A DNA stretch of 64,000 bases from Actinomycetota bacterium (GTDB lineage Bacteria; Actinomycetota; Acidimicrobiia; Acidimicrobiales; CADCSY01), in contig JADDQY010000078.1 in NCBI GenBank assembly GCA_016781135.1, positions 246 to 64,245 on the forward strand. Reading direction: 5' to 3'. Under the pieces are notes generated by a model, which saw only the letters and a list, made by a program, of their open reading frames with translations, was not told where the DNA came from and did not search any database. Positions 47,180-56,977 of this stretch are shown piece after piece (positions within the stretch are counted from its first letter, which is position 1; the number at the start of each line of letters is the position of its first letter). Both the position numbers and the translations under genes were made by a program.

Positions 47180-47534
47180 GGAGACCCGCCGGTGGACCAA
47201 CCCCAGCCAACCCCAGACCCTGCAGATCGCCGTGTTCCTGCTCTACGCCAACGCCGTGTTCGGCGTGCTGTTCCAGGCGCCCTTCGTGCTGTTCGGCACC
47301 ACGCTCGGGTTCTTGGTGGTGGTGGCCTACGCGGCCGGCGGCTTCGGCCTGGCCAACGACCAGAACTGGGGCTACGGGGTGAGCGTGGCCGTGTCCGCCC
47401 TCGTGGTGGTGGCCTCGGTGGTCAAGCTCGGCGCCGGCCTCGGCAACCTGGTGAGCCTCATGTTCGACGTGGCCCTGCTGGTGCTGCTGTTGCACCCGCA
47501 GAGCCGCAGCTACCAACAGGTCTGGTTCAAGTGA
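47178..47534 (+). CDS. small integral membrane protein
   Basis: 118 aa with four hydrophobic helices. ATG 47178 lies within CCATGG, which is shared with the divergent gene. Confidence 0.7.
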   Translation: METRRWTNPSQPQTLQIAVFLLYANAVFGVLFQAPFVLFGTTLGFLVVVAYAAGGFGLANDQNWGYGVSVAVSALVVVASVVKLGAGLGNLVSLMFDVALLVLLLHPQSRSYQQVWFK

Positions 47535-47667
47535 CCGCGTCACCCTGCGCTCCAAGCTCGCCTCCGACCTGAAGCGGCGCCGCGTCGGGATGGGCCACCG
47601 TCGGCGACGGTAGCGCCGCGACGACGCCGCACGGGGGTGGCGCAAGGATCTCCCCCGCCACCTGGTC

Positions 47668-48339
47668 TCACCGTTGGTAGGGAGGGGCGAGGGGTTCCTC
47701 GTGGCGCGCTGCGGACGCCAGTTCGTGGGCCAGCGGCCAGGGGTTGGGCAGGCACCCGTCGAGCTCGGTGCTCTGCTGGGCCATCACGGGAGCAGGCTGC
47801 CCGGGCGCCGGGCACTGCGGATCGGACGGGTGATGCTGGCCGAGCAGGTGGCCGACCTCGTGGTTGACGAGCATCTGGCGGTAGGTGGCGAGGTCACCCG
47901 TCCACTGCTCGGTCGCTGCCCGCCACCGGTCGGCGTTCATGGCCACCACCGGGCCGTTCTGGCAGGAGAACCGCCGCTGGGTGCGGTACGGGAAGCACAG
48001 GCGGTCGACCTCGTCGCCCTCCGCCAGCACGACAACGAACGCCGCTGCCGGGTCCTCCACCAACCGGAAGTGGGCGCCCACCCAACCCCGGGGGTCGGCA
48101 AGGGTGGTGCGGACCACGTCCTCGAAGCCGGCCGTAGCCCTGTCTGCCACCCGCCGCTCGCTGCGGTAGCGCACCTCCACCACCGGCACGGTCGACGTCG
48201 TGGTGGACGGCCGGGGCGGAGCCCGGGTCACCCCGATTTCGTCGGCGGCGTCGCCACCGCACGCCCCCAGCATCGACGCCACCATCACCGCCAGCGCCAG
48301 CCGAGATCCCCCCTCCCGCACCGGCCCAGTGTGGCGCAA
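47668..48339 (-). CDS. DUF3152-like lipoprotein with zinc-metalloprotease motif
   Basis: Lipobox MLGAC, a Thr-rich linker, and HEVGHLLG (HExxH). Confidence 0.8.
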   Translation of the reverse strand: MRHTGPVREGGSRLALAVMVASMLGACGGDAADEIGVTRAPPRPSTTTSTVPVVEVRYRSERRVADRATAGFEDVVRTTLADPRGWVGAHFRLVEDPAAAFVVVLAEGDEVDRLCFPYRTQRRFSCQNGPVVAMNADRWRAATEQWTGDLATYRQMLVNHEVGHLLGQHHPSDPQCPAPGQPAPVMAQQSTELDGCLPNPWPLAHELASAARHEEPLAPPYQR

Positions 48340-48359
48340 GTGAGGACCACACTGGCGGG

Positions 48360-48551
48360 GTGGAGACGGTGGTTCGAGACGTCGCCGAGGCCCTCATCGT
48401 GGTAGCCGTCGGCGGCATGGTCGTGACCGTGCTGCGGCGCCTCGTGGCCGGTCAGCTCCACGTCTACCGCTGCGCCGCCTGTGCCCGTCCCACCTCCCGT
48501 GGCTACCCCCGCTGCCGGCACTGCGGGAGAGAGCAGCCCGATGCGCTGTGA
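48360..48551 (+). CDS. small membrane-anchored zinc-ribbon-like protein
   Basis: 63 aa. One TM (ALIVVAVGGMVVTVL), then CAAC-N11-CRHC. The stop overlaps the menG GTG (GTGA). Confidence 0.45.
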   Translation: METVVRDVAEALIVVAVGGMVVTVLRRLVAGQLHVYRCAACARPTSRGYPRCRHCGREQPDAL

Positions 48552-49297
48552 GCTCGGGTGGGAGGCCGGTTCCGGTATCGGCGAGCAGGCGCCCTCCTAC
48601 AGTGAGCGCCGTGGAGCTGCCCGTGGGCGAGGAGAAGGCTGTCGCCGTACGGCGGATGTTCGACGCCATCGCCCCCCGCTACGACCTGGTGAACCGGATC
48701 ATGACCTTCGGGCTCGACACCCGCTGGCGCCGCCGGGCCGTCGACGCTCTCGATCTCGCTCCGGGCTCGGTGGTGCTCGACCTCGCCTCGGGCACCGGCG
48801 ACTTCTGCCGGCTGTTGCACCGCCGCGGCTACCACCCGGTCGGCACCGACTTCTCGGGAGGGATGCTGACCGCGGCCCGCACCTCCGCCCCGCTGGTGCA
48901 GGCCGACGTCTTGTGCCTTCCGGTGCTAGACGGCGCCGCTGACGGTGCGACCTGCGGCTTTGCCCTGCGCAACCTGGTCGACCTGGGCGCCTTCTTCGTC
49001 GAGCTGGCGCGCGCCGTGAGACCAGGGGGCCGCGTCGCCTTGCTCGAGGTGGCTGCCCCACCGAACCCGCTGATGCGCATGGGCCACGCCGTCTACTTCG
49101 GGCGGGTGGTCCCCGTCATCGGAGGGGTGCTGTCGGACCCCGGTGCCTACCGCTACCTCCCCCGTTCGGTGGCCTACCTGCCCGATCCGCCCCGGCTGCT
49201 GGCCATGCTGGCCGAGGCCGGGTTCGGCGACGCCGCCCGCACCTTGCTCAGCGGCGGTATCAGCCAGCTCCTGGTGGCCACCCGCGACCGCCGGTGA
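48548..49297 (+). CDS. menG: demethylmenaquinone methyltransferase (UbiE/MenG)
   Basis: RRMFDAIAPRYDLVNRIMTFG, and the SAM motif VLDLASGTGD. Alternative in-frame GTG starts at 48602 and 48611. Confidence 0.88.
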   Translation: MSSGGRPVPVSASRRPPTVSAVELPVGEEKAVAVRRMFDAIAPRYDLVNRIMTFGLDTRWRRRAVDALDLAPGSVVLDLASGTGDFCRLLHRRGYHPVGTDFSGGMLTAARTSAPLVQADVLCLPVLDGAADGATCGFALRNLVDLGAFFVELARAVRPGGRVALLEVAAPPNPLMRMGHAVYFGRVVPVIGGVLSDPGAYRYLPRSVAYLPDPPRLLAMLAEAGFGDAARTLLSGGISQLLVATRDRR

Positions 49298-50535
49298 GCA
49301 GCGTCGGGCCCCCGCTCGTGGCCCACACCAGGCGTATCGCCGACGACGTCGATCTGCTGGCCGTGGCCGGCGCCGCCGGCTTCGCCCTGACCCAGGAGGG
49401 CCTCGGGCTCGCCGGACGGGGGACGGCGCTGCGCATCCCGCTGCCGACCGGGCCGGGGCGTCTCTCCGCCGCTGCCGCCCAGGTGGCGACCGCCCTCGGT
49501 GCCATCAAACGCCACGACGAGGTGGGGGTGCCCGGCTCCGGCCCGGTGGCCTTCGCCGCCCTGCCCTTCGCCGACGCCGCACCGGCATCTGTGGTGGTGC
49601 CGGCCCTGATCGTCGGCCGGGCCTCCGACGGCGCCCGGTGGGCGACGACGATCGCGCCCCCCGGCACCCTCACCCCACCGCTGGTCGATCCCGCCGGGGC
49701 CTCGGCGCCACCTCCGACCTCGTTCCGGGTGCGCGCCTCGAGGCCCCCCGAGCAGTGGTGTGCGGCGGTGGCCCAGGCGGTGACAGCCATGCAGGCCGGG
49801 CGCCTGGCCAAGGTGGTGCTGGCCCGGGAGGTGGTCGTCGAGACCGACCGCCCGGTGGCCTCTGACGACGTGGCCCGCCGGCTGCGGGCGGCCACGCCCT
49901 CAGCCCTGCTCTACTGCGTCGACGGCCTGGTGGGAGCCAGCCCCGAGCTGCTCGTGTCCCGCTCCGGCGACGTCGTTCGCTCACACCCCATGGCCGGTAC
50001 CGCTCCCCGAACCGGCGACCCCGCCGTCGACAACCGTCTCGCCGCGTCACTGCTGGCCTCGGCCAAGGACCGTGCCGAGCACCAGATCACCATCGACATG
50101 GTGCTCGACACGGTGCTCCCGTTCTGTTCCTACGTCGACTCAGAGCCCGAGCCCCAGGTGGTCGCCGCCGGCGGCGTGCAGCACCTGGCCAGCCTGGTCG
50201 AGGGGCGGCTGTCGTCGCCTCCCGCCTCGGTGCTGTCCCTGGTTGCCGCGCTCCACCCGACCCCCGCGGTGTGCGGGTGGCCCCCGGCCGAGGCGCTTGC
50301 CCTCATCGAGGCCCTCGAGGAGCTCGACCGGGGCCGTTACACGGGGGCGGTGGGGTGGGTCGACGCCGACGGCAACGGGCGTTTCGCCGTGGCCATCAGG
50401 GGCGTCGAGCTGGACGGCTGCCGAGCCCGGGTGCTCGCCGGCAACGGCATCCTCGCCGATTCCGACCCTGGCACGGAGCTGGCCGAGACCCGCTCCAAGC
50501 TCCAAGGGGTGCTGTCGGCGCTGATCCGTCCCTGA
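49294..50535 (+). CDS. menF: isochorismate synthase
   Basis: Chorismate-binding C-terminal core (HPTPAVCGWP, RGRYTGAVGW). GTGA overlap with menG. Sits in the men gene context. Confidence 0.85.
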   Translation: MSSVGPPLVAHTRRIADDVDLLAVAGAAGFALTQEGLGLAGRGTALRIPLPTGPGRLSAAAAQVATALGAIKRHDEVGVPGSGPVAFAALPFADAAPASVVVPALIVGRASDGARWATTIAPPGTLTPPLVDPAGASAPPPTSFRVRASRPPEQWCAAVAQAVTAMQAGRLAKVVLAREVVVETDRPVASDDVARRLRAATPSALLYCVDGLVGASPELLVSRSGDVVRSHPMAGTAPRTGDPAVDNRLAASLLASAKDRAEHQITIDMVLDTVLPFCSYVDSEPEPQVVAAGGVQHLASLVEGRLSSPPASVLSLVAALHPTPAVCGWPPAEALALIEALEELDRGRYTGAVGWVDADGNGRFAVAIRGVELDGCRARVLAGNGILADSDPGTELAETRSKLQGVLSALIRP

Positions 50536-50566
50536 AGCGGCTGCCACCGAGGGTGGGTCAGCCGCT
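50536..50566. terminator. hairpin between convergent menF and menD
   Basis: AGCGGCTGCCACC-GAG-GGTGG(GT)CAGCCGCT gives 13 bp with a 2-nt bulge, starting right after the menF stop. No U-tract. Confidence 0.4.
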
Positions 50567-50629
50567 CTCGCGTGGCCGACAGCTCGCCGGTCCGGGGAGC
50601 TGGGCGAGAGGAGGGCGGCCTCCGCTCGC

Positions 50630-52342
50630 CTACCCCAGGGCGCGGCCCACCTCGGCGTGGATCTCGCGGTGCACCTCGGTGTTCGTCCGGCGCTCGGTGG
50701 TGACCACCAGCACTCGCACCCCGCCTCCCGAACCGGCCCCGCTCACCGCCGCCCGCAGCTCCTCGGCGTGGTCGATCGGCGTGGCGCCGATCCCGTAGGC
50801 CCCGGCCACCGTGGCGATGTCGATGCCCTGCGGCGTGGCGAAGAGCAGCTCGAAGCGCTCGGGCGCCACCAGCTCGGCCTGGGGCAGGAAGGAGAAGATG
50901 CCGCCACCGCCGTTGTCGACGACCACGATGGTGAGCTCGAGCTCGATGTCGGCCAGGCCGAGGAGGCCGTTCACGTCGTAGAGGAAGGCGAGGTCGCCCA
51001 CCAACAGCGCGGTCGGCCCCCCGGTGCCGATGGCCGCCCCAGCCGCGGTGGAGACGACCCCGTCGATCCCGTTGGCACCCCGGTTGGCCAGCACCTGCAG
51101 CCCGGCCCGAGGGGCCGCGTACCACTCGAGGTCGCGCACCGGCATCGACGACGACACCACCAGCGTGGCTCCCCGGGCCAGGCCGGCCGACATCGCCCGG
51201 GCGGCCCCCGGCTCGGTGAGGCGGGGGTGGCGCCCGAGGACGGCGTCGATGGCGAGCTGGGCGCCGCCCTCGGCATCGCTCCACGCCTGCAACCACGCCG
51301 GCCGGGCTGGAGCGGGGGCGGTGGCGGCGACCGTCCGGCACCACCGGGCGGGGTCGGCGACCACGGCGATCGCTGCCAGCCGGGCGGGGTCCAGCCACGC
51401 CCGGTGGGGATCGACCAGCACCTCGTCGGCCTCCGAGGCGGCGAGCCACTCCGACAGCACCCTCGACGCCGGTGGTGCCCCGATCCGCACCACCACCTCG
51501 GGCCGGTGGCGTTCGGCGAAGGGTCGGTGGCGCAGCAGGGCGTCGAAGGCGGCCACCGTTGCTGACCGGGGCAGGCGGGCACCCGAAAGCGGATCGGCCA
51601 GCACAGGCCAGTGCAGCGCCACAGCCAGTTCGTGCACCGCCTCGGGGTCACCGGCACCGGCGCCAGCGACGATCAGGCCCCGCCGTCCCGCGACCACGTC
51701 GATGAGATCGTCGAGGGCCCCGCTGACGTCGCCGGAAGCCGAGCGGCGCCGATGCCACGGCTCCCCGCCGGACCGCCCCGGAGGGAGCGGCCCGGCGTCG
51801 GCCACCAGCGGCTCGCGAAAGGCCAGGTTCAGGTGCACCGGGCCCGCTGGCGGGCCCAGCGCCTCGGCGACCGAGCGCGACGCCGTCGAGCGCCACGTCG
51901 ACGCGGCCAGGGCATCAGGAGGACCGGGCTCGAAGAACCACCGCACCGCCCGGCCGTAGAGGTGGGCCTGGTCGATGCTCTGGGGGGCACCCACGCCGTG
52001 CAGCTCCGGGGGCCGGTCGGCGGTGCACACGACCAGGGGGACCCGGGCGTAGGAGGCCTCCACCACGGCCGGGTGCAGCTCCACTGCGGCGGTGCCGCTG
52101 GTGGTCAGGACCACGGCGGGGAGCCCGGTGGCCTTGCCGATGCCGAGGGCGAGGAAGCCCGCCGAGCGCTCGTCCAGGCGGACGTGCACCTGCAGCCGCC
52201 GGTCGGAGGCCAGGGCCAGGGCCAGGGGGGCCGAGCGCGAGCCCGGCGACACCACGGCGTGGGCGACGCCGGCCCGGGCCCACTCGTCGACGAGGGTGGC
52301 GGCGAAGGTGGCCTGCCGCCGGGCGGCCTCGGAGGAGCTCAC
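50630..52342 (-). CDS. menD: SEPHCHC synthase (ThDP-dependent)
   Basis: VVSPGSRSAPL and the ThDP-binding region GANGIDG...GDLAFLYD. 570 aa. Confidence 0.92.
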   Translation of the reverse strand: MSSSEAARRQATFAATLVDEWARAGVAHAVVSPGSRSAPLALALASDRRLQVHVRLDERSAGFLALGIGKATGLPAVVLTTSGTAAVELHPAVVEASYARVPLVVCTADRPPELHGVGAPQSIDQAHLYGRAVRWFFEPGPPDALAASTWRSTASRSVAEALGPPAGPVHLNLAFREPLVADAGPLPPGRSGGEPWHRRRSASGDVSGALDDLIDVVAGRRGLIVAGAGAGDPEAVHELAVALHWPVLADPLSGARLPRSATVAAFDALLRHRPFAERHRPEVVVRIGAPPASRVLSEWLAASEADEVLVDPHRAWLDPARLAAIAVVADPARWCRTVAATAPAPARPAWLQAWSDAEGGAQLAIDAVLGRHPRLTEPGAARAMSAGLARGATLVVSSSMPVRDLEWYAAPRAGLQVLANRGANGIDGVVSTAAGAAIGTGGPTALLVGDLAFLYDVNGLLGLADIELELTIVVVDNGGGGIFSFLPQAELVAPERFELLFATPQGIDIATVAGAYGIGATPIDHAEELRAAVSGAGSGGGVRVLVVTTERRTNTEVHREIHAEVGRALG

Positions 52343-52359
52343 CGTGACAGCATCGGGGC

Positions 52360-53112
52360 GTGCTGGGCGCCGAGAGAGACGGGCACGGGCCCCGGCTGGT
52401 GCTGGTCCACGGGTTCAGCCAGACCCGCGACTGCTGGGGGCCGCTGGCGGGCGAGCTGGCCATCGACCACGAGGTGGTGCGGGTCGACGCGCCGGGGCAC
52501 GGCACGTCGGGGAGCGTCGCCGCCGGGCTGTGGGAGGCCGCCACCCTCGTGGCCGACGTCGGCGGGCAGGCGACCTACCTCGGCTACTCGATGGGCGGCC
52601 GCCTCCTGTTGCACCTGGCCCTGTCCCGGGCCGACGTGGTCCGGGGGCTGGTCGTGATCGGTGCCACCGCCGGTATCGACGACCCCGAGGTGCGGTCCCG
52701 GCGGGCGGCTGACGACGAGGCTCGGGCCCGCCGGATCGAGCAGCACGGCGTCGGCGCCTTCCTGGAGGGGTGGCTGGACCAGCCGCTGTTGGCCGGGGTG
52801 CCCGAGGAGCACCGCTGCATGGAGGCCCGAAGGTCCAACACCGCCGCCGGCCTCGCCACCAGCCTGCGCCTGGCCGGGACTGGGGTCCAAGAGCCACTGT
52901 GGTCCCGCCTGGAGGGCCTGGCCATGCCCGTGCTGGTGATCGCCGGCGACGCCGACGCCGCCTTTGTCGCCCACGGGCGGCGGCTGGTGAGGTCCATCGG
53001 GGCCAACGCCTCGCTGGCGCTCGTGCCCGGCGCCGGTCACGCCGCCCACCTCGAGGCTCCGGGCCGGTGCTCGGCGGTGGTGCGCCGCTGGCTGGCGGGG
53101 CAGGGGTTGTGA
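52360..53112 (+). CDS. menH: alpha/beta hydrolase, probable SHCHC synthase
   Basis: LVLVHGF and the nucleophile elbow GYSMGG. Sits in the men cluster. Confidence 0.7.
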   Translation: MLGAERDGHGPRLVLVHGFSQTRDCWGPLAGELAIDHEVVRVDAPGHGTSGSVAAGLWEAATLVADVGGQATYLGYSMGGRLLLHLALSRADVVRGLVVIGATAGIDDPEVRSRRAADDEARARRIEQHGVGAFLEGWLDQPLLAGVPEEHRCMEARRSNTAAGLATSLRLAGTGVQEPLWSRLEGLAMPVLVIAGDADAAFVAHGRRLVRSIGANASLALVPGAGHAAHLEAPGRCSAVVRRWLAGQGL

Positions 53113-53128
53113 GGAGCGGCCTGGCTGC

Positions 53129-54007
53129 TCACGCCGACAGGACGAGGCCGGCGGCCAGGAGCACCCCGTAGCCAAGCTGGAGCCGGCCGGTGTCAGCGAG
53201 CGCCGGGAGCAGGCGGGCCCCGACCGCCTCCGACGCCACCACCCGCAGCGGTCGCAGCGCCAACGGCGCCGAGAGGCCGGCCAACAACGCTCCCTCCCGT
53301 GACAGGGCGAGCACCGGCAGGGACACGAAGGCCCCGGCGATCAGCGCGACGTACAGCGCCCGGGTCGGTGGCGCACCCAGGCGCACGGCCAGGGTGCGCT
53401 TGCCCGAGGCGGCGTCGGTGGGGATGTCACGCAGGTTGTTGACGACCAGCAAGGCGGTGGCCAGCAGGCCGACGGGCACCGAGGCGGCGAAGGCCAACAG
53501 CTGGAGCCGCTCGAGGTGGACATAGGCCGATCCCACGGTGGCCACCACGCCGAAGAACACGAACACGAAGACCTCTCCCAACCCGGCGTAGCCGTAGGGC
53601 CGGGGCCCGGCGGTGTAGAAGAAGCCGGCGGCGAGGCTCGCCCCTCCCACGACCAGCAGCTCGGGTCCGACGGCGACCGCCAGCGCCAGACCGGCGACCG
53701 CGGCGATCGCGGCCGACACCAGTGCCGCCCACTTGACCTCGCCCGCCGTGGCCAGGCCCGACGCCACCAGGCGGCTCGGCCCGACCCGGGCCGGCGTGTC
53801 GGCGCCTCGCTGGGCATCGGCGTAGTCGTTGACGTAGTTCGTGGCCACCTGGATGGCCACGGCCACCACCAGGGCAGCCAGCGCTCGCCACCACACGATC
53901 GTGGCCCCGTCGACTCCGGCGCCGGCGGCGGCCGCCGTGCCCACGAGCACCGGCACCACCGCAGCAGGCAGTGTCTTCGGCCTTGCTCCTGTCACCCACC
54001 GGTTCAC
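53129..54007 (-). CDS. menA: 1,4-dihydroxy-2-naphthoate polyprenyltransferase
   Basis: UbiA-family polytopic membrane protein (NYVNDYADAQRG, NNLRDIPTD). Confidence 0.92.
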   Translation of the reverse strand: MNRWVTGARPKTLPAAVVPVLVGTAAAAGAGVDGATIVWWRALAALVVAVAIQVATNYVNDYADAQRGADTPARVGPSRLVASGLATAGEVKWAALVSAAIAAVAGLALAVAVGPELLVVGGASLAAGFFYTAGPRPYGYAGLGEVFVFVFFGVVATVGSAYVHLERLQLLAFAASVPVGLLATALLVVNNLRDIPTDAASGKRTLAVRLGAPPTRALYVALIAGAFVSLPVLALSREGALLAGLSAPLALRPLRVVASEAVGARLLPALADTGRLQLGYGVLLAAGLVLSA

Positions 54008-54035
54008 CGCCTGCCCCTGGGCTGCACACCACGGG

Positions 54036-54878
54036 TCACGGGCGCCGGGGGAACCGGGAGAAGTCGGGCGGTCGCTTCTGCACGAAGGCGTCCCGTCCCT
54101 CCTGGGCCTCCTCGCTCAGGTAGAACAACAGGGTGGCGTCACCGGCCAGCTGCTGGATGCCGGCCAGGCCGTCGTCGGCCGCGTTCATCGACGCCTTGAG
54201 CAAGCGCAGGGCCAGCGGTGACAGCGCCAGCATCTCCCGGCACCAGGCCACCGTCTCCTCCTCGAGGCGCTCGAGGGGCACCACGGTGTTGACCAGCCCC
54301 ATGGCCAGCGCCTGTTCCGCGTCGTACTGCCGGCACAGGAACCAGATCTCCCGCGCCTTCTTCTGCCCGACCGAGCGAGCCAGCAGCCCCGACCCGTAGC
54401 CGCCGTCGAACGATCCCACCCGGGGGCCGGTCTGGCCGAAACGGGCGTTGTCGGCGGCGATGGTGAGGTCGCACACGACGTGGAGCACGTGACCGCCGCC
54501 GATGGCGTACCCGGCGACCATAGCCACCACCGGCTTGGGGCAGCGCCGGATCTGGATCTGGACATCGAGGATGTTGAGGCGCCCGATGCCCGCCTGACCG
54601 ACGTGGTCGTCGCCGAGGTAGCCGTCGTCGCCCCGGATCTTCTGGTCTCCGCCGGAGCAGAAGGCATCCGGGCCCTCCCCGGTGAGGATGATCACCCCGA
54701 CCCCGGCGTCGTCCTGGGCCAGGCGGAAGGCCTCCGACAGCTCGACCACGGTCTGGGGACGAAAGGCGTTGCGCACCTCGGGGCGGGCCATGGTGATCTT
54801 GGCCATGCCCTCGGCGGTCTCGTAGCGGATGTCGCGCCAGGTGCCCCTCGGCTGCCAGTCGGGGAGGGCCGGGCTCAT
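54036..54878 (-). CDS. menB: 1,4-dihydroxy-2-naphthoyl-CoA synthase
   Basis: Crotonase fold. [16 protein letters not shown] and [22 protein letters not shown] 54878. Confidence 0.95.
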   Translation of the reverse strand: MSPALPDWQPRGTWRDIRYETAEGMAKITMARPEVRNAFRPQTVVELSEAFRLAQDDAGVGVIILTGEGPDAFCSGGDQKIRGDDGYLGDDHVGQAGIGRLNILDVQIQIRRCPKPVVAMVAGYAIGGGHVLHVVCDLTIAADNARFGQTGPRVGSFDGGYGSGLLARSVGQKKAREIWFLCRQYDAEQALAMGLVNTVVPLERLEEETVAWCREMLALSPLALRLLKASMNAADDGLAGIQQLAGDATLLFYLSEEAQEGRDAFVQKRPPDFSRFPRRP

Positions 54879-55012
54879 GTCCGGGGACGGTACCCGTCCT
54901 AACGTCAGGCGGTGGTCTCGGGCCTCATCTTGGTCGGTCGTCGACCGAGCAGCGCAAGAGGCGACCAAGGCCGAGGGGTGGCGGCTCTTCGTTCACCGGC
55001 CGCGGGTGACCG

Positions 55013-56131
55013 GTGGCCAGGCTGATCGCCGTCGTCGCCGAGAGCCGGCCCGCCTTCGTCGAGGCGTTGCAGCGGGCCTGGGACGTCGGCGACGCGGTGG
55101 CTCCCGTCGACCCCCGCCTCCCACCGCCCGCCGCCGACGCCGTGCTCGACACCTTGGCCCCGGAGGTCGTCGTCGACGCCGAAGGGGAGACCCACGCCCG
55201 GGCCGGTGCCCGCCCGGTCGAGGCGGACGACGCCCTGGTCGTGGCCACCAGCGGGACCACCGGGGCGCCTCGGGCCGTCGTGCTCACCCACCAGGCGGTG
55301 GCCGCCGCCGCTCGGGCCGCCAGCGCCGCGCTGGGCGTCGACCCCGGCAGCGACCTCTGGTTGGCGTGCCTGCCGCTGGCCCACGTCGGCGGCCTGTCGG
55401 TGGTCACCCGGGCCCTGATCACCGGGACCCCGCTGCGACTCCTGCACCGGTTCGACCCCGAGGCGGTCGAGGTCGAGGCCCGCCAGGGCGCCACCCTGGT
55501 GGCGTTGGTGCCCGCCGCCCTGGCCCGGGTCGATGTCTCCCGGTTCCGCCGGGTGCTCGTGGGTGGCTCGGCGGTGCCGGCCGACCTCCCCGCCAACGTG
55601 GTCGCCACCTACGGCATGACCGAGACCGCCGGCGGAGTGGTCCACGACGGCCGTCCCCTCGCCGGGGTCGAGGTGCGCGAGGCGGGTGGTGAGCTTCACC
55701 TTCGGGGGCCCATGCTGCTGCGGAGCTACCGGGACGGCACCGATCCCCGGGGCGCCGGCGGCTGGTTCGCCACCGGCGACGCCGGGTCGGTGGATGCCGA
55801 TGGGACCGTGCAGGTGCGGGGACGCCTGGCCGAGGTCATCGTCACCGGGGGGGAGAAGGTGTGGCCAGCGCCGGTCGAAGATGTCCTCGGGCGCCATCCC
55901 GGCGTGGCCGAGGTGGGGGTGGCAGGACGCCCCGACCCGGAGTGGGGCCAGCGGGTGGTTGCGTGGGTCGTGCCCGCCGATCCGGCATCGCCGCCCGATC
56001 TGGGCGAGCTGCGTACCTGGGCCAAGCAGTGGCTGCCCGCCTATGCCGCTCCCCGCCAGCTGGTGGTGGTCGAGCACCTCGCCCGCACCGCCCTCGGAAA
56101 GCTCCGCCGCGACCTGCTCGGCCGAGGGTGA
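55013..56131 (+). CDS. menE: o-succinylbenzoate-CoA ligase
   Basis: Short adenylate-forming enzyme. TSGTTGAPRAV, YGMTET, and GDAG...VIVTGGEKV. Divergent from menB. Confidence 0.88.
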   Translation: MARLIAVVAESRPAFVEALQRAWDVGDAVAPVDPRLPPPAADAVLDTLAPEVVVDAEGETHARAGARPVEADDALVVATSGTTGAPRAVVLTHQAVAAAARAASAALGVDPGSDLWLACLPLAHVGGLSVVTRALITGTPLRLLHRFDPEAVEVEARQGATLVALVPAALARVDVSRFRRVLVGGSAVPADLPANVVATYGMTETAGGVVHDGRPLAGVEVREAGGELHLRGPMLLRSYRDGTDPRGAGGWFATGDAGSVDADGTVQVRGRLAEVIVTGGEKVWPAPVEDVLGRHPGVAEVGVAGRPDPEWGQRVVAWVVPADPASPPDLGELRTWAKQWLPAYAAPRQLVVVEHLARTALGKLRRDLLGRG

Positions 56132-56138
56132 GCGGGGG

Positions 56139-56948
56139 TCACGGCGATCTGACCATGGAGGTGAGCTGTGGTCCCAACCACGGCCTGCGACCCCAGGCGA
56201 GCAACTGGCCCCCCAGGATCGCCTTCCATTGGCTCTTCCGCCCGAAGATCACCTGCAGCAGCGCCGCGGGGTCGGCCGAGATCCGGCAGTCGACGGGGTC
56301 TCCCGTCGGCGGCTGGACCACCACGGTGCCGCCGCCGAAATCGAGGCGGACGGCGCCACCGCCGCGCGCCTGCACCTCGTAGGAGGTTCGTGCCGCCCGC
56401 CCCCGGTCAGTCAGGAAGAATTCGGGGTCGAGGCGCTGCATGAGCGGGAAGAGGAAGTCACGCACGGCGACGAGCGCGTGGGCCGACTCCACCCGCCAGC
56501 TCCGATCTGCGGCCCGGGCCAGATCCACGCCGTGCAGCAGGGCTTCGTTCAGCACGTGGCCAGGCAGCGCCGACACGGGGAGTTGGATCCCGCCCAGCCA
56601 GCTGACATCGCCCTCCGCCGGTGCCGCGGCCATCGCCCCGGCGAACCTCTCGGCGGCCGCCTCGATCCGCCCGGCCAGGACCCGCGGGTCGCGCTCGGCC
56701 TCCTGGTCGACCATGGCCTTGGTGAAGTCGCCGAGGCCGGCGATGTCATCGAGCGGCCCCTCGGCTCCAGCCGCCAAGTCGGCATCGAGCTCGAAGACCT
56801 GGGTGACGTGGGTGGCCACCTCGTTGGTATCCCACTCCCCCAGGGCCTTGACCGGCGCGGCGGGGAGCGAGCGCACCAGGCCGGCCATCCGCGCCGCCAC
56901 GGTGGCGACAGCACGCACCGGATCGACCCACCGCGTCGCCCCCACCAT
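56139..56948 (-). CDS. DinB/mycothiol-dependent maleylpyruvate-isomerase-family protein with SCP2-like C-terminus
   Basis: An N-terminal DinB-like four-helix region and a C-terminal sterol-carrier-like region ([17 protein letters not shown]). Confidence 0.65.
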   Translation of the reverse strand: MVGATRWVDPVRAVATVAARMAGLVRSLPAAPVKALGEWDTNEVATHVTQVFELDADLAAGAEGPLDDIAGLGDFTKAMVDQEAERDPRVLAGRIEAAAERFAGAMAAAPAEGDVSWLGGIQLPVSALPGHVLNEALLHGVDLARAADRSWRVESAHALVAVRDFLFPLMQRLDPEFFLTDRGRAARTSYEVQARGGGAVRLDFGGGTVVVQPPTGDPVDCRISADPAALLQVIFGRKSQWKAILGGQLLAWGRRPWLGPQLTSMVRSP

Positions 56949-56977
56949 GTCGTCCTCCTGTCGGGCGAGGGACCATC

